DNA from: Candidatus Latescibacterota bacterium
GTDB lineage: Bacteria > Latescibacterota > UBA2968 > GCA-2709665
Direction: 5' to 3'
Assembly: GCA_965226795.1 (NCBI GenBank)
Contig: CBDDDZ010000005.1
Span: 2,400,001-2,464,000, forward strand
DNA length: 64,000 nt
Shown here: in pieces, positions 29,147 to 39,705 of the stretch
Layout of the letters: each line of letters begins with the position of its first letter
Numbering within the stretch: the first letter of the stretch is position 1
Position numbers and translations under genes: made by a program
Notes under the pieces: generated by a model
The model's database searches: none
What the model was told of the DNA's origin: nothing
Seen by the model: only the letters and a program-made list of their open reading frames with translations

Positions 29147-30523
29147 ATGACCCGAAAAACTGCCGCGGGGCTTATTCTCGCCATCCTTCTGCCGCTGGTC
29201 GTGATCCTGTATCCGGGCGATATCGATAACGTACCGCGTCTGGCTCTGGCTCTGTCTCTTGCCACGATTGTTCTGTGGACCTTCGAACCCGTCCCCCTCG
29301 AATACAGTTCGCTGCTGCTGATCGTCCTCTTCCCCATCCTGGACGTACTCCCGTTTGAAACCGCTTTCGGGCCCTTCTCAAGCAAAACCGTCTGGCTCAT
29401 CTTCGCCGGCATGGCCCTCAGCCTGGGCATCACTGAGACCCCGCTGGGCGCCCGGATCTCTCGCCTGGTCCTCGGACACATCGGTAGCCTGAACGGGCTC
29501 ATCCTGGCACTCCACGTCCTGGGCATGCTGTCCGCGCTTCTCATCCCCTCCGGGGTCGTGCGAATCCTGATCCTTATGCCCCTCATCATCACTTTACTCC
29601 GGACACTCGGCGAACCGCCAGGATCCAGGGTGAGTGCGGCGCTGATTCTCTCTCTGGCCTGTTCCACATATTACGGCGGCACCGGCGTCCTTACGGCTTC
29701 GGTGCCCAGCCTGGTCGTCTTCGGCGTACTGGAATCCCGGGACATCACCGTCTATTGGGGCCAGTGGACACTGTACCTCTTTCCCATCTTTTCCCTATGC
29801 CGGGTCGCGTGCTGCTACCTGCTGATCCGCCTGTTATTGCCCCTCCGAGGTGATACCCGCATCCAGACGAAGCCCGATGTCGATTCCAACGTACCCGATG
29901 GCGTCACGCCTGCAGAGAAAAAGACCCTTTGTATCCTGCTCGCGGGCGTTCTGCTATGGGCGACCGACGCGCTACACGGTATCCATCCAACGTACGTGGG
30001 TCTGGGGATGGTTCTGGCCTGTTATCTCCCCGGATGGGGACCCTTGCACCCTGACCTGATGAAAAAGATCAACTTTCCCCTGCTCATCTACATCGCCGCC
30101 GCGTTCTCCGTTGGACATGCCCTCGAAACCACGGGCTTCAGCCTCCTGCTCGCCGATCTGTTTACGGACTGGCTCGGGCGTTTCGACGGTAGTCTGCTCA
30201 CCCAACTCGGTCTGCTCTCCGCCTTCATCCTGCCCTTCAACTTTCTGGCGGATACGGCTGCGGTTGCGGCCATCCTCACCCCTGTACTCCTGGATGTCGC
30301 CGCCCAGTCCGGCCTGGCGCCGCTTCCCGTCGCCCTGTGTATGGCCATAGTCGCCAGTTGCGGTTTCTTTCCGTACCAGGCGGCGCCATTCATCCTGGCC
30401 TACAGCTTTCGCTATGTGCATATGGGCCAGTTCATCCGTCTCATGGTGCTTCTTGCGCTGGTCTCGCTCCTGCTTCTCATCCCCCTCAACTTCCTCTATT
30501 GGCGACTGATCGGATTGATCTGA
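29147..30523 (+). CDS. SLC13/DASS family anion transporter
   Basis: Many transmembrane segments; VWLIFAG..LS.GITETPLGARI, IPSGVVR, FFPYQAAP. Confidence 0.85.
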   Translation: MTRKTAAGLILAILLPLVVILYPGDIDNVPRLALALSLATIVLWTFEPVPLEYSSLLLIVLFPILDVLPFETAFGPFSSKTVWLIFAGMALSLGITETPLGARISRLVLGHIGSLNGLILALHVLGMLSALLIPSGVVRILILMPLIITLLRTLGEPPGSRVSAALILSLACSTYYGGTGVLTASVPSLVVFGVLESRDITVYWGQWTLYLFPIFSLCRVACCYLLIRLLLPLRGDTRIQTKPDVDSNVPDGVTPAEKKTLCILLAGVLLWATDALHGIHPTYVGLGMVLACYLPGWGPLHPDLMKKINFPLLIYIAAAFSVGHALETTGFSLLLADLFTDWLGRFDGSLLTQLGLLSAFILPFNFLADTAAVAAILTPVLLDVAAQSGLAPLPVALCMAIVASCGFFPYQAAPFILAYSFRYVHMGQFIRLMVLLALVSLLLLIPLNFLYWRLIGLI

Positions 30524-30600
30524 CAAGTGGAATCAATCCCATGAGCCGCTGTTCATTCCGCACCAGAGGTGCGGCAACCCCGTCACATTCCCCTTCGCGC

Positions 30601-30629
30601 TTGACAAGCCCTGGGTGTACGGGTACCAT
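30601..30629 (+). promoter_or_regulatory. Sigma70-type promoter
   Basis: TTGACA-17 bp-TACCAT upstream of iorA. Confidence 0.6.
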
Positions 30630-30674
30630 CGTTGTTCCGACTGTAATAATGCCAATTCATAGTGGAGATCCCGG

Positions 30675-32291
30675 ATGAATGCATTGCGAATCAACGGAGA
30701 CACGGCTTTGGCCTGGGGCGCAATCGAGGCCGGTGTCAGCTGCGTTACCGGATATCCCGGTTCCCCCGGTACAGGTACGTTTAGCGCGCTCGCCGACACG
30801 GCGGCCGAATACGGCCACGATGCCGAGTGGTGTCTGAACGAACGCATCGCCCTGGACGTTGCCGCGGGCGTCTCCCAGGGTGGCCGGCGGGTGCTCGTGT
30901 GCATTAAGAGCGTGGGTATGAACGTGGCGCTGGATACCCTCATGGTTCTGAATATGACCGGCGTGCATGCCGGTCTGGTGATCCTCATGGGCGACGATCC
31001 CGGCGCGTGGGGTTCACAGAACGAGCAGGACGGCCGTTTTTTCGGCCCCCTTGCCGAAGTCCCCATACTCGAGCCCGCAACCCCGGCGGAGGGCCGGCGA
31101 ATGATGCGCTGGGCTTTCGATTTCTCTGAGTCGTTCCGAACGGTCGTCATCCTGCGCATCACCCGGAGTTTCAGCGTCTGCGAGGCCGACCAACCGGCCA
31201 TCAAAAGGCCCCCGTCGTTGCCGGCACTGGCGCCGGACAGGGAGCCGATGCGCTGGATCTCCTCCCTGTCCAACTGCATACCCAACCACCAAAGACTCCA
31301 TCGAAATCTCCAGGCCATTGCGAAGAAATTCGAAGACATTCCGTTCAACCGCGTTGAGGGCTCAGGAGAGATGGGCGTGATCGCATCCGGATGCGTGCAC
31401 AACAAACTTCAGGACGCGCTTGGAGGCGCGGATATCTCGGAGCTCAGGTGCCTGAAACTCGCGTCTCTCTATCCTCTTCCAAGGGCCCTGATCACAGATT
31501 TCCTGAAACAGTGCAAGCAGGTCCTTGTACTTGAAGAAGTGGACCCATTTCTCGAAGACAGCATCAAAACCATCGGGTACGACGCGGGCGTCACCCCGAG
31601 CGTCATCGGCAAACGCAGCGGTCATGTACCGGGAGAAGGTGAACTCTTCCGATGGCAGATGCAGAAAGCGCTGAAGGCCTATCTGCCCGGTCTGAAGCCG
31701 GCGCGCATATTCACGGAAGCGGATTGGCAAAAGGAAAAGCCATACCGGAAGTCACACTGCGCCGGCTGCCCTTACAATGACATCCTCGCCGCGCTGCGTG
31801 AAGAAGCGGCTGGCCTGGGTCAGAACCCATTCCTCACCGCCGATCCCGGCTGCGTCGTCATTGCCGCGCGATTCCTCGACACCAAGCTGTGTATGGGATC
31901 CGCCATCGGCGCGGCGCTGGGGCTCCAGAAAGCCGGAGTGCGGGAGCGTGTTGTGGCCATTACAGGCGACTCGGCTTTCTACCACAGCAGCGTCAATGCG
32001 CTGATCCACGCCAGATCAACCGGCGCAAATCTGCTCCTTGTGGTCCTCGACAACGGCGGCTCACTCACGACCGGAGGCCAACCCACCCCCGATCGAGGCG
32101 TCCCGGTCAACGGAAAACCCGGTCCGGTCGTTGGCATCAACGACCTGGCAGCGGCCTGCGGCGTCGACTTGGTCTGGACGGTTGAAGAAACGGATCCTGA
32201 GGATCGCATGCGCAGTATCTTCCGTGAAGCCCTGCAGATCGACGGCCTCGGCCTGGTCACGATTCGCAAACGCTGCGAATCGGTGGGCTAA
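30675..32291 (+). CDS. iorA: Indolepyruvate:ferredoxin oxidoreductase alpha-subunit-like TPP enzyme
   Basis: GYPGSPGT, KSVGMNVALD, DDPG..SQNEQD, CAGCP, CMGS, GDSAFYHS..LDN..TGGQPTP. Confidence 0.88.
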   Translation: MNALRINGDTALAWGAIEAGVSCVTGYPGSPGTGTFSALADTAAEYGHDAEWCLNERIALDVAAGVSQGGRRVLVCIKSVGMNVALDTLMVLNMTGVHAGLVILMGDDPGAWGSQNEQDGRFFGPLAEVPILEPATPAEGRRMMRWAFDFSESFRTVVILRITRSFSVCEADQPAIKRPPSLPALAPDREPMRWISSLSNCIPNHQRLHRNLQAIAKKFEDIPFNRVEGSGEMGVIASGCVHNKLQDALGGADISELRCLKLASLYPLPRALITDFLKQCKQVLVLEEVDPFLEDSIKTIGYDAGVTPSVIGKRSGHVPGEGELFRWQMQKALKAYLPGLKPARIFTEADWQKEKPYRKSHCAGCPYNDILAALREEAAGLGQNPFLTADPGCVVIAARFLDTKLCMGSAIGAALGLQKAGVRERVVAITGDSAFYHSSVNALIHARSTGANLLLVVLDNGGSLTTGGQPTPDRGVPVNGKPGPVVGINDLAAACGVDLVWTVEETDPEDRMRSIFREALQIDGLGLVTIRKRCESVG

Positions 32292-32505
32292 ATTGTCGAC
32301 GGGCGAAACGAGAGAACGACCCATCCGACAACGGTGTCCGGAACCCTTGCCCGGGCGATCTCACGCCCCGGGTGTGGCGCGGATTGTTGAGACCTCCGCC
32401 AGTGTCTACCCGACTCCCGAAGATAATGCTTCACCGCAAACAGGTGCGTTTTTTCGCCCACACCAGGCAGCGGCCGGAGCAGACCAGAGACGTTACGGAA
32501 AGTAA

Positions 32506-32549
32506 AAAAGGCTCGTCCGGGCTAATCAAAAACCCCGGGGGAGCCTTTT
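32506..32549. terminator. Probable bidirectional terminator between convergent genes
   Basis: aaaaggctc...gagcctttt stem with an inner ccggg/cccgg pair. Confidence 0.55.
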
Positions 32550-32694
32550 GAACGCAGTAAACGCCGAGCGGTCAATGTCCCGGCTGGCGGCAGCGGGGGA
32601 ATTCCCGAACAACAATCGAAACGCCCAACCCTCGATTCGCTACGACGTGTAATAAACGCCTCGCGCCTCGATTGCCCCCCTCTGTCGCCTGATT

Positions 32695-33276
32695 CTATCG
32701 GAACTCTATGGAGGACGCAATTGAACGGTATTCATCAACGGGAAAGGCAGCAGACATACCGTTGCCCATCATCAAATAAGCCTTCCGCCCGTCCAACACC
32801 ACCGTAACGAAAAACCGGTCCCCCCGTCGACTCAGAAATACAGTCTGAAAAATCCATTCGATGCCTTCGCGCCCCGATATCTGGAACGTGCGCTTCTCCT
32901 GAGCCCTGTATCCCAGATAGGTGGATTTGAACTCTTCCTCGAGTTCGGCCGTAACGGTCTGAAGTGTCGCGTTTTCCGAAAGTGCACGAGGCCTCAAGTT
33001 CAACACCGCCACGAATCCGGAAATCGGCTCTCGGTTCATCACCACCTCTACCCTGGGCAATCCGTTCGACTCCCGGGTCTGGAAGTTTGTCTGCGCCGTC
33101 CAACCCCATACATCCGGGACCGAAATCCGGAATCCCCATTCTTCGTTCGAATACACCCGGCTGCCGTCGGAGTCGTCGGTCGGATTGTTGGCGGTATCCT
33201 CCGGGATAGGACCACAACTCAGCGTCGCGACAACAAAAACCAGGCAGGACCAGATAATGGAATGGTGTCTGGACAT
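32695..33276 (-). CDS. Putative lipoprotein, PsbP/DcrB-like fold
   Basis: Lipobox TLSC after a hydrophobic stretch; YSNEEWGFRISVPDVW. Confidence 0.7.
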   Translation of the reverse strand: MSRHHSIIWSCLVFVVATLSCGPIPEDTANNPTDDSDGSRVYSNEEWGFRISVPDVWGWTAQTNFQTRESNGLPRVEVVMNREPISGFVAVLNLRPRALSENATLQTVTAELEEEFKSTYLGYRAQEKRTFQISGREGIEWIFQTVFLSRRGDRFFVTVVLDGRKAYLMMGNGMSAAFPVDEYRSIASSIEFR

Positions 33277-33584
33277 GGAGCCCACTTTCCTTTGTGCAAG
33301 AAGCATGATCACCACAGATTTCCGGCCATTTATCCGTTGTCACCCCCCGCGGAATCCCGACATCGTTAACCGGAAATGGAGCGATCCGAATTGGCAGGTC
33401 AATGACAACAAATGGAATCCACGGCCAGAACGATAGAAATTGGCTCCCGGCAGGCTGGATTGATTAACGTCGACGTAATAGAAAATCCGGTGTGCAGGCG
33501 TGCTCCGCGAGACCGAATTGCGGGGAAAACAATAAGGCTCTCGGGGCCTGACCACAATTTCCTCCCAAATACCTTCGGAGACGG

Positions 33585-34262
33585 TCAGCGCACAATGCCC
33601 AATCGTCTCCATCGAATCTTTCCGAACGGATTCCAAAGCGGCGCACCGGAATTCCAGGAAAAATAGATCAGCAGCGGATGCGCTTTCACTTTGTCAAGCG
33701 ACACCGGCCCCCAGAACCTGCTGTCGTCACTGTTGTCCCGATTATCTCCCATTACAAATATGTGTCCCGGCGGCACCGTATAAGGTCCGTAATTGTCGCG
33801 TGCACTATACCGTTTGGGCTGCGTCCGCCTGTCCATAAACTTCACGCCAGCGGGATTTACGAACGGCTTGCCGTCTACGTAAACCACCTTGTTTCTGATC
33901 TCTACGGTCTGCCCTCCCACGGCAATACATCGCTTGATGAAATCCCGTGACGGATCCAGCGGAAACTCGAAAATCACCAGATCACCGGGTTTCGGAGAAC
34001 GAAAACCGGGCATCCGAAATGAGGGCAACTTGTAATTCAGGACAGGCAGACGATCCGGAATCTGCGTGCCGAACGTCAGCTTGTCCCCGAGAACATAGTC
34101 GCCCTCCATCAACGTATTTTCCATGGATCCTGAAGGGATATGGTAGGCCTGCACCAGCGTTGCACGGATCAATACAGCCAGAAAAACCGCAAAAAAGATC
34201 GACTTCAGATAATCGACCAGTATCCGTCCGGTACGTGGCCGCCTCGGGTGCTGTGACTTCAT
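33585..34262 (-). CDS. lepB: Signal peptidase I
   Basis: IPSGSMENTL, FIKR, GDNRDNSDDSRFWG. Confidence 0.95.
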   Translation of the reverse strand: MKSQHPRRPRTGRILVDYLKSIFFAVFLAVLIRATLVQAYHIPSGSMENTLMEGDYVLGDKLTFGTQIPDRLPVLNYKLPSFRMPGFRSPKPGDLVIFEFPLDPSRDFIKRCIAVGGQTVEIRNKVVYVDGKPFVNPAGVKFMDRRTQPKRYSARDNYGPYTVPPGHIFVMGDNRDNSDDSRFWGPVSLDKVKAHPLLIYFSWNSGAPLWNPFGKIRWRRLGIVR

Positions 34263-34314
34263 AGGTCAACCTCCAGAACGTTCCACTCGAAAGTATATAT
34301 TAAAACACACATGC

Positions 34315-35342
34315 TTACACGCGGACAGAAGCCGTCGGTTCCCCCGCGCCGGAAGCGCTACTTGAGAAATAGGGCGCTTCGGGCTGGCCGCTGTCGGCCG
34401 ATCTGTTGGCCGCAAGGGTCACGTCGAGTGAACGGACACCGTCCTCGTAGTCCGATAGAACGGCCGATCCGTCGCCCTTGCGAATGGCATTTATAAACAC
34501 CTTGTCAATATCTCCGGAACCGCTCTGAACCGGCCCCGGGTCTGCTGCGGATTCCGGATGCACCACCAGACCTTCCGTTCCGAATTCCGCACGCATGTTC
34601 TTCAACACAAACGACATGAGCCCAGTCCCGCCGCCCTCCCGAAACGTGCACGTGGACGTCAACGAGCCGATTGCCCCCGTCTCAAACTTCAGATTGATCG
34701 CGTGTACATCCGGAATATCCAGGGTTTCTTCGTCATTCAGGGTACGCAATGCATAATAAGCGTGCACTTCCGCCACCTCACCCGCAAGATAGCGAAGCAG
34801 GTCCACCTGGTGGGTGGTCTGCTCGACAATTTGTCCGCCCGATTTCGACATCACTCGCCACCACGGTGTTCCCGGCAGCCCGCCCCATCTGTGGACCGCG
34901 GCCATCCCGATAATTCGACCCTCCAGAAACGCCTTCGCCTGCTGTACGATACCGGAATACCGCAATTGATATCCCACGCATGTCAAAACGCCTGCCTCCC
35001 GCACCGCCTCCAGAATTTCGAGGGCCTTCTCCATTGTGGGTGCTACGGGTTTTTCCACGAACAGATGCACACCCTGCCGCGCCGCAAGAATCTCCGCATC
35101 GGTATGTGCAAACGTGGGGACGCTGACATACAGGGCCGAAAGGCCGCAATCAGTGATTCGCTGTCCAGCATCTTCCGATGGTCGGTATACGCCCTCGCGC
35201 CATATTCGCCGGCCACACGCTCGGCGGTTTCCCCCAACACATCGCAAATCGCCAGAATGTCCACGTCCTCAATCCCCTGCAACACCCGCATATGGGATCT
35301 CGCACGACCCCCTGCGCCCACAAACCCTACCTTAATTGCCAA
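34315..35342 (-). pseudogene. Gfo/Idh/MocA oxidoreductase, frameshifted
   Basis: The Rossmann N-terminus (GFVGAGG..MLDSESL) and the SALYVSVP..VEKP C-part lie in different frames; break at ~35140-35150. Confidence 0.82.
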
Positions 35343-35535
35343 AACACCTCCCTGAACGTGTCGTGATTGGATGCAACAGTCCCAAAGTTAGCCCGCCAGG
35401 ACATGCGCTGTCAAGCGAAATCAACGACTCCCGGACGTACGTGTACGTGTTTTTGTCTTTGAATTACAGAGCCTCGGTGTTTAACTTATCCGGGTGAATT
35501 CACATTTCAACACCCGATCAAAGAGGATATGACCC

Positions 35536-36576
35536 ATGCGAATCGAGGACCTGGATACGCCGGCGTTGACCATCGATCTCGACATACTCTCGAAGAATAT
35601 CCACGACCTGGCTGAATCCTGCCGTAAACATGAAATCGACCTGCGCGTACACACCAAAACCCACAAGATTCCGGAAATAGCCCGCCTGCAGCTCAATGCA
35701 GGCGCCATCGGCATTGTCTGCCAGAAGCTGGGGGAAGCGGAAGTCATGGTCGACGCGGGAATCACCGACATCCTCATCCCCTACAATATCGTGGGCGCCA
35801 CGAAGGTGGAACGCCTTGTCCGCCTCCACGAACGGGCAAAGATCACTGTCGCCCTGGATTCCGAAACAACGGCACGCGGCATATCCGAGCAGGCTGGGAA
35901 GCCGGAAATCCCTGTCCTGATCGAACTGGATACCGGCGGCAATCGATGCGGCGTCCAGTCTCCCGAAGCCGCCCTGGAACTGGCACGCAAAGTCGTCGCA
36001 CTACCCGGCCTCCACTTCCAGGGCATCATGACCTATCCCAGCCGGCCCCAGGCAGAACCCTTTCTGACGCGAACACGAACACTGCTGAAGGGCGCGGGCA
36101 TCCCAGTGCCTGTTGTCAGCGGGGGCGGGACCGGAAGCGAAGCCGTCTCGAAACAGATCGGCTGCACCGAAACCCGCATCGGCTCCTACGTTTTCGAGGG
36201 GATGCGCCGCATAAACCACGCCGACAACCCCCCGAACCCCATTACCTGCGCCGAACGCGTGGTCGTGACCGTCGTCAGCACGCCCACCCCCGAGCGCATT
36301 ATTGTGGACGGCGGTCAGAAGACCTTCACAAGCTATCCGCCCAACCCGTATGGACACATCGTGGAACACCCCGACGCCAGAATACACAGCATGTCCGTGG
36401 AACATGGTCATATCGACGTCAGCGCGTGCGACCATACGTTCCAGGTCGGGGAACGCCTTTCGGTCATTCCCCAGCACCAGGGCATGACCACCAACCTGCA
36501 CGACACCGCTTATACCGTAAGAAACGGGATTGTGGAAGCCGTCTGGACCGTCGCCGGCAGGGGTAAGGTGCAATAG
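35536..36576 (+). CDS. D-threonine aldolase / DSD1-like PLP enzyme (alanine racemase fold)
   Basis: DTPAL, RVHTKTHK, GGNRCGV, SGGGTG, DGGQK, SVEHG. Confidence 0.9.
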   Translation: MRIEDLDTPALTIDLDILSKNIHDLAESCRKHEIDLRVHTKTHKIPEIARLQLNAGAIGIVCQKLGEAEVMVDAGITDILIPYNIVGATKVERLVRLHERAKITVALDSETTARGISEQAGKPEIPVLIELDTGGNRCGVQSPEAALELARKVVALPGLHFQGIMTYPSRPQAEPFLTRTRTLLKGAGIPVPVVSGGGTGSEAVSKQIGCTETRIGSYVFEGMRRINHADNPPNPITCAERVVVTVVSTPTPERIIVDGGQKTFTSYPPNPYGHIVEHPDARIHSMSVEHGHIDVSACDHTFQVGERLSVIPQHQGMTTNLHDTAYTVRNGIVEAVWTVAGRGKVQ

Positions 36577-36687
36577 TTGCGTGGCACAAGTCGGCAGGCC
36601 CGCTGCCTTAATTACGTCACCGAGTCCGGTTTCGGATTGCCCGATGCGGTCCGCTCCAGTAGACGACTCTTCAAAAGGAGTTTCGAT

Positions 36688-37581
36688 ATGCGCCAGGTAC
36701 AGTGGGAACGGATGTTCCCCGACCAGTTGGAAGCCGCCTATAAAGATTGCCCGCTCGTCTACTTCCCGTACGGCCTTTGCGAACCTCACGGCCCGCACGA
36801 CGCAGTTGGCCTGGATGGACTGAAGGCGCACGGCATTGCCTGCGAGGCCGCCCGCGCGCACGGTGGTATTGTGGCCCCGCCGGACTTCTGGCACATACAC
36901 GAACTCGGCGGGTATGCACATTGGCTGGAGCGCACGGTGGGCCAGGCGGAACGCTCCTGGATGACCTGCATGCCGCCCTGGCAGCATTTCAAAAACATCT
37001 GCTACCACATCCGCATGGCCGACCACCTTCGCTTCCACGCAGCCATGTTTCTTACGGGCCACTACGGCCCCAACTGGAAGGATCTCAAAACGCTTATCGA
37101 CCTGGTGCAACCCCACGTGGGCACCAGGCTTTTTGGCCTGCCGGACCACGAAGCCAACCAGCCCGGATTCGACAACGACGGACAGAGCGGCGGCGACCAT
37201 GCCGGAAAGGTCGAAACCTCGCTTCTCTGGGCGCTGCATCCCGACTGCGTGGACCTTTCCCGGCTTCCGCCCGAAGATGCCCCCGGTCCTCATTTCGCGA
37301 TGGGACCCACGGTCCGGCAATCCGACCGCCGCGTCGGCGAGCGCATGGTGGACGACGAAGTCCGCTGGCTGGGCAAAAAGGCAGGGGAACTGCTCGAGGA
37401 ATACAAAGACACGAACCCGGCCCACAGGCTGCAGACCTACGAAGACGTGGAAATCCTGTGGGAAACCGTGGTCGGCCCCGAACTCTCCGGGTTCGAGACC
37501 ATGCAGGACAGCTGGACAGGCGAAACCCTACCCGGAACCTCCGTCTGGCATCCCAACTGGCGCGTGCCCGATCGGGGATAG
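36688..37581 (+). CDS. Creatininase family amidohydrolase
   Basis: PYGLCEPHG.H..GLD, TGHYG, DHAGKVETS; RBS AAGGAG. Confidence 0.88.
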   Translation: MRQVQWERMFPDQLEAAYKDCPLVYFPYGLCEPHGPHDAVGLDGLKAHGIACEAARAHGGIVAPPDFWHIHELGGYAHWLERTVGQAERSWMTCMPPWQHFKNICYHIRMADHLRFHAAMFLTGHYGPNWKDLKTLIDLVQPHVGTRLFGLPDHEANQPGFDNDGQSGGDHAGKVETSLLWALHPDCVDLSRLPPEDAPGPHFAMGPTVRQSDRRVGERMVDDEVRWLGKKAGELLEEYKDTNPAHRLQTYEDVEILWETVVGPELSGFETMQDSWTGETLPGTSVWHPNWRVPDRG

Positions 37582-37662
37582 GTCCATCTCCTTCGAATCC
37601 CTTTGACTCGAGCCCGGAAGACGGAAGAAGCGGGTCCGAATGCTACTGGCGCGCTGATCCGT

Positions 37663-38046
37663 TCATTCCTCCCGTTCCAGCAGTTCGATTTCGTAACCGT
37701 CGGGGTCGTCCACAAAGGCCATCTTCCGTCCGCTCGGAAACGTCTCACGCCAATCGTCGGGCCAGATTTCGATGCCCTGGTTCTCCAGACCGTCGCAAAA
37801 CGCGATCAGATCCGGCACGCCGATTGCAAAATGCATCAGATCCTCCGGAACGTTCAGTTCGTAATCGTCCGAAAAGGTCAGTTCGAGCGTATGGGCGTTG
37901 CCCGGCAGTTCCAGGTGCATTATCTGGTTTCCCGCCGGGGACTTCTCCGACCTGCTTTTTACCACGAAACCGAAATGGTCGCAATAGAACGCCGCCGACC
38001 GGTCCAGGTCGCTCACCCGAATCCTGGTATGGAGAAATACCGCCAT
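37663..38046 (-). CDS. Lactoylglutathione lyase-like VOC protein
   Basis: LHTRIRVSDLDRS..FY, LELT, HFAIGV, DPDGYEIEL. Confidence 0.88.
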   Translation of the reverse strand: MAVFLHTRIRVSDLDRSAAFYCDHFGFVVKSRSEKSPAGNQIMHLELPGNAHTLELTFSDDYELNVPEDLMHFAIGVPDLIAFCDGLENQGIEIWPDDWRETFPSGRKMAFVDDPDGYEIELLEREE

Positions 38047-38156
38047 CGTAGGTTCCTTTCTTCAAATCGGTATCCGCTGGACCAAAACCCCTGACGGTCC
38101 AACAAAAAAAGACAGCCAGTAGCTGCCCCGTCGCCTGTACCTTTCGTCCCGTAAAT

Positions 38157-38531
38157 CTACGCCTTTAATGGCGAAACAGGATTGCCCCCGTCCTTTCTGA
38201 CCGGCGGCCGGGTTGTTTCCATTTCGACATCCAGCACCTGGCGCACCTGCCGTATCGCCTGAAGGTAATAGTTCCGCACCGTACTCTTGGAGACCGATAG
38301 CAACATCGCGATTTCCGCCATGGATTTACCCTGCGAGCGCAGCAGCAATACCTCGTACTTGCGGCCGGTCAACGTGGACTCAATTGCATTTCTGACGGCA
38401 ACCAGTTTTTCGACGTCGAAATCCGGATTTGCATATGGATCGAGCGAATGCCGGAGAATGAATGAAAGCGGCACGGTCTCCGTTCGGGGATGACACCGTT
38501 CCATCACCGTGTCGTATCGGGGCCCTCGCAT
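38157..38531 (-). CDS. Small sigma70 region-4 / LuxR-type HTH protein
   Basis: LTGRKYEVLLLR..GKSMAEIA.LL.VSKSTVR; start uncertain. Confidence 0.7.
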   Translation of the reverse strand: MRGPRYDTVMERCHPRTETVPLSFILRHSLDPYANPDFDVEKLVAVRNAIESTLTGRKYEVLLLRSQGKSMAEIAMLLSVSKSTVRNYYLQAIRQVRQVLDVEMETTRPPVRKDGGNPVSPLKA

Positions 38532-38772
38532 ATCGGATCCACGCTCCCTGATTGGCCGTTGGATTCCAGCGCCTTGCTGGACGCATTCTTATACGTCGAC
38601 AATTTAGCCTGTTCCCCTCTGTCAGGCAAGCGAAAACTCGCCCTGCGCGTTTTCCATTTATTCGATCGTTGTAATTCATGGATATACGGAGCAGTTTTCG
38701 CACCGCGACAGCTATCGCTCCATCGCCGGATGGGGCGCACCGGGCATTCCCCGGGGGCGCTGCCTTCGCGGG

Positions 38773-39705
38773 TTACACCAGGGGGCGCCGTGCGAAGCCC
38801 AGCCCGTCCGCAACCTGCAACACCCGCTCATTCAACCTTTCCGCATGCAAAAGCGTCTCGCGATCGGGCGTCAACGCCAGGCTGCGCACCATTGAATGCC
38901 CGATGATACCCCGCGCGGCCAACAACCGCTTCTCCACCACCAGGTACAGCTCCATATCCTGCAGAGAGAAAACGATCTGCGCCAGGATCCCGTCGAACAC
39001 GTCCAGCGCGCCGTCCACATCGCCGGTCGACCCGAGTTCCCAGATCCGATTCATCACATCCGCGTGCCCAAGACCGGGCATTACGCCGGCGACGCCCCAC
39101 TCGAACAGATCCGGCATATACATTCCTCCCCAACCCTCCAGCACTGCCACCTGATCGCACGTTGCCTCCCGAATCCCCCGTAGCTTGGGACCCAGAAGCG
39201 GCTCCTCCAGTTTGATGTACCTGAAATTGTCGCAAGTCTCGCGAAGTCGCCGGCAGAACCTCCCGTCGACTGTCGGACCGCCCGGATTGAAATCCTGTAT
39301 CAATATCGGAACCTCCACCGCGTCGCAGATGGTCCGGCAATAAGCAAGCAGGTCCGCTTCCGTTGTGCCAAACTGCCTTGGGATTGCAAAACTGATGACG
39401 TCGGCGCCGGCATCCGCGTTTACCCGGGCGAAATTCGCCGCCTGGCGGGCCGAAGGGTGGTTCGACTGGCCCACCACCGGAATTCTTCCCGCGGCGGCCG
39501 TCACGGCGGTTCGGACAACCGCAAGCCGCTCTCGTCCGGATTGCTTGTAAAACTCGCTCGCATATGCGGGCAAACACACCGCCCCGATCCCGAATGCCAC
39601 CGCCGCATCCACCTGTCGGCCGATATCTTCGAACACGATTTCTTCCCCGTCATCAAACGGCGTTACCAGCACCGCCACGACCCCGCGGATATCGTCTACG
39701 GCCAT
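38773..39705 (-). CDS. DHDPS family aldolase/lyase
   Basis: LVTPF, AYASEF, GRIPVV, IQD, YIKLE; RBS GGAGG. Confidence 0.88.
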   Translation of the reverse strand: MAVDDIRGVVAVLVTPFDDGEEIVFEDIGRQVDAAVAFGIGAVCLPAYASEFYKQSGRERLAVVRTAVTAAAGRIPVVGQSNHPSARQAANFARVNADAGADVISFAIPRQFGTTEADLLAYCRTICDAVEVPILIQDFNPGGPTVDGRFCRRLRETCDNFRYIKLEEPLLGPKLRGIREATCDQVAVLEGWGGMYMPDLFEWGVAGVMPGLGHADVMNRIWELGSTGDVDGALDVFDGILAQIVFSLQDMELYLVVEKRLLAARGIIGHSMVRSLALTPDRETLLHAERLNERVLQVADGLGFARRPLV

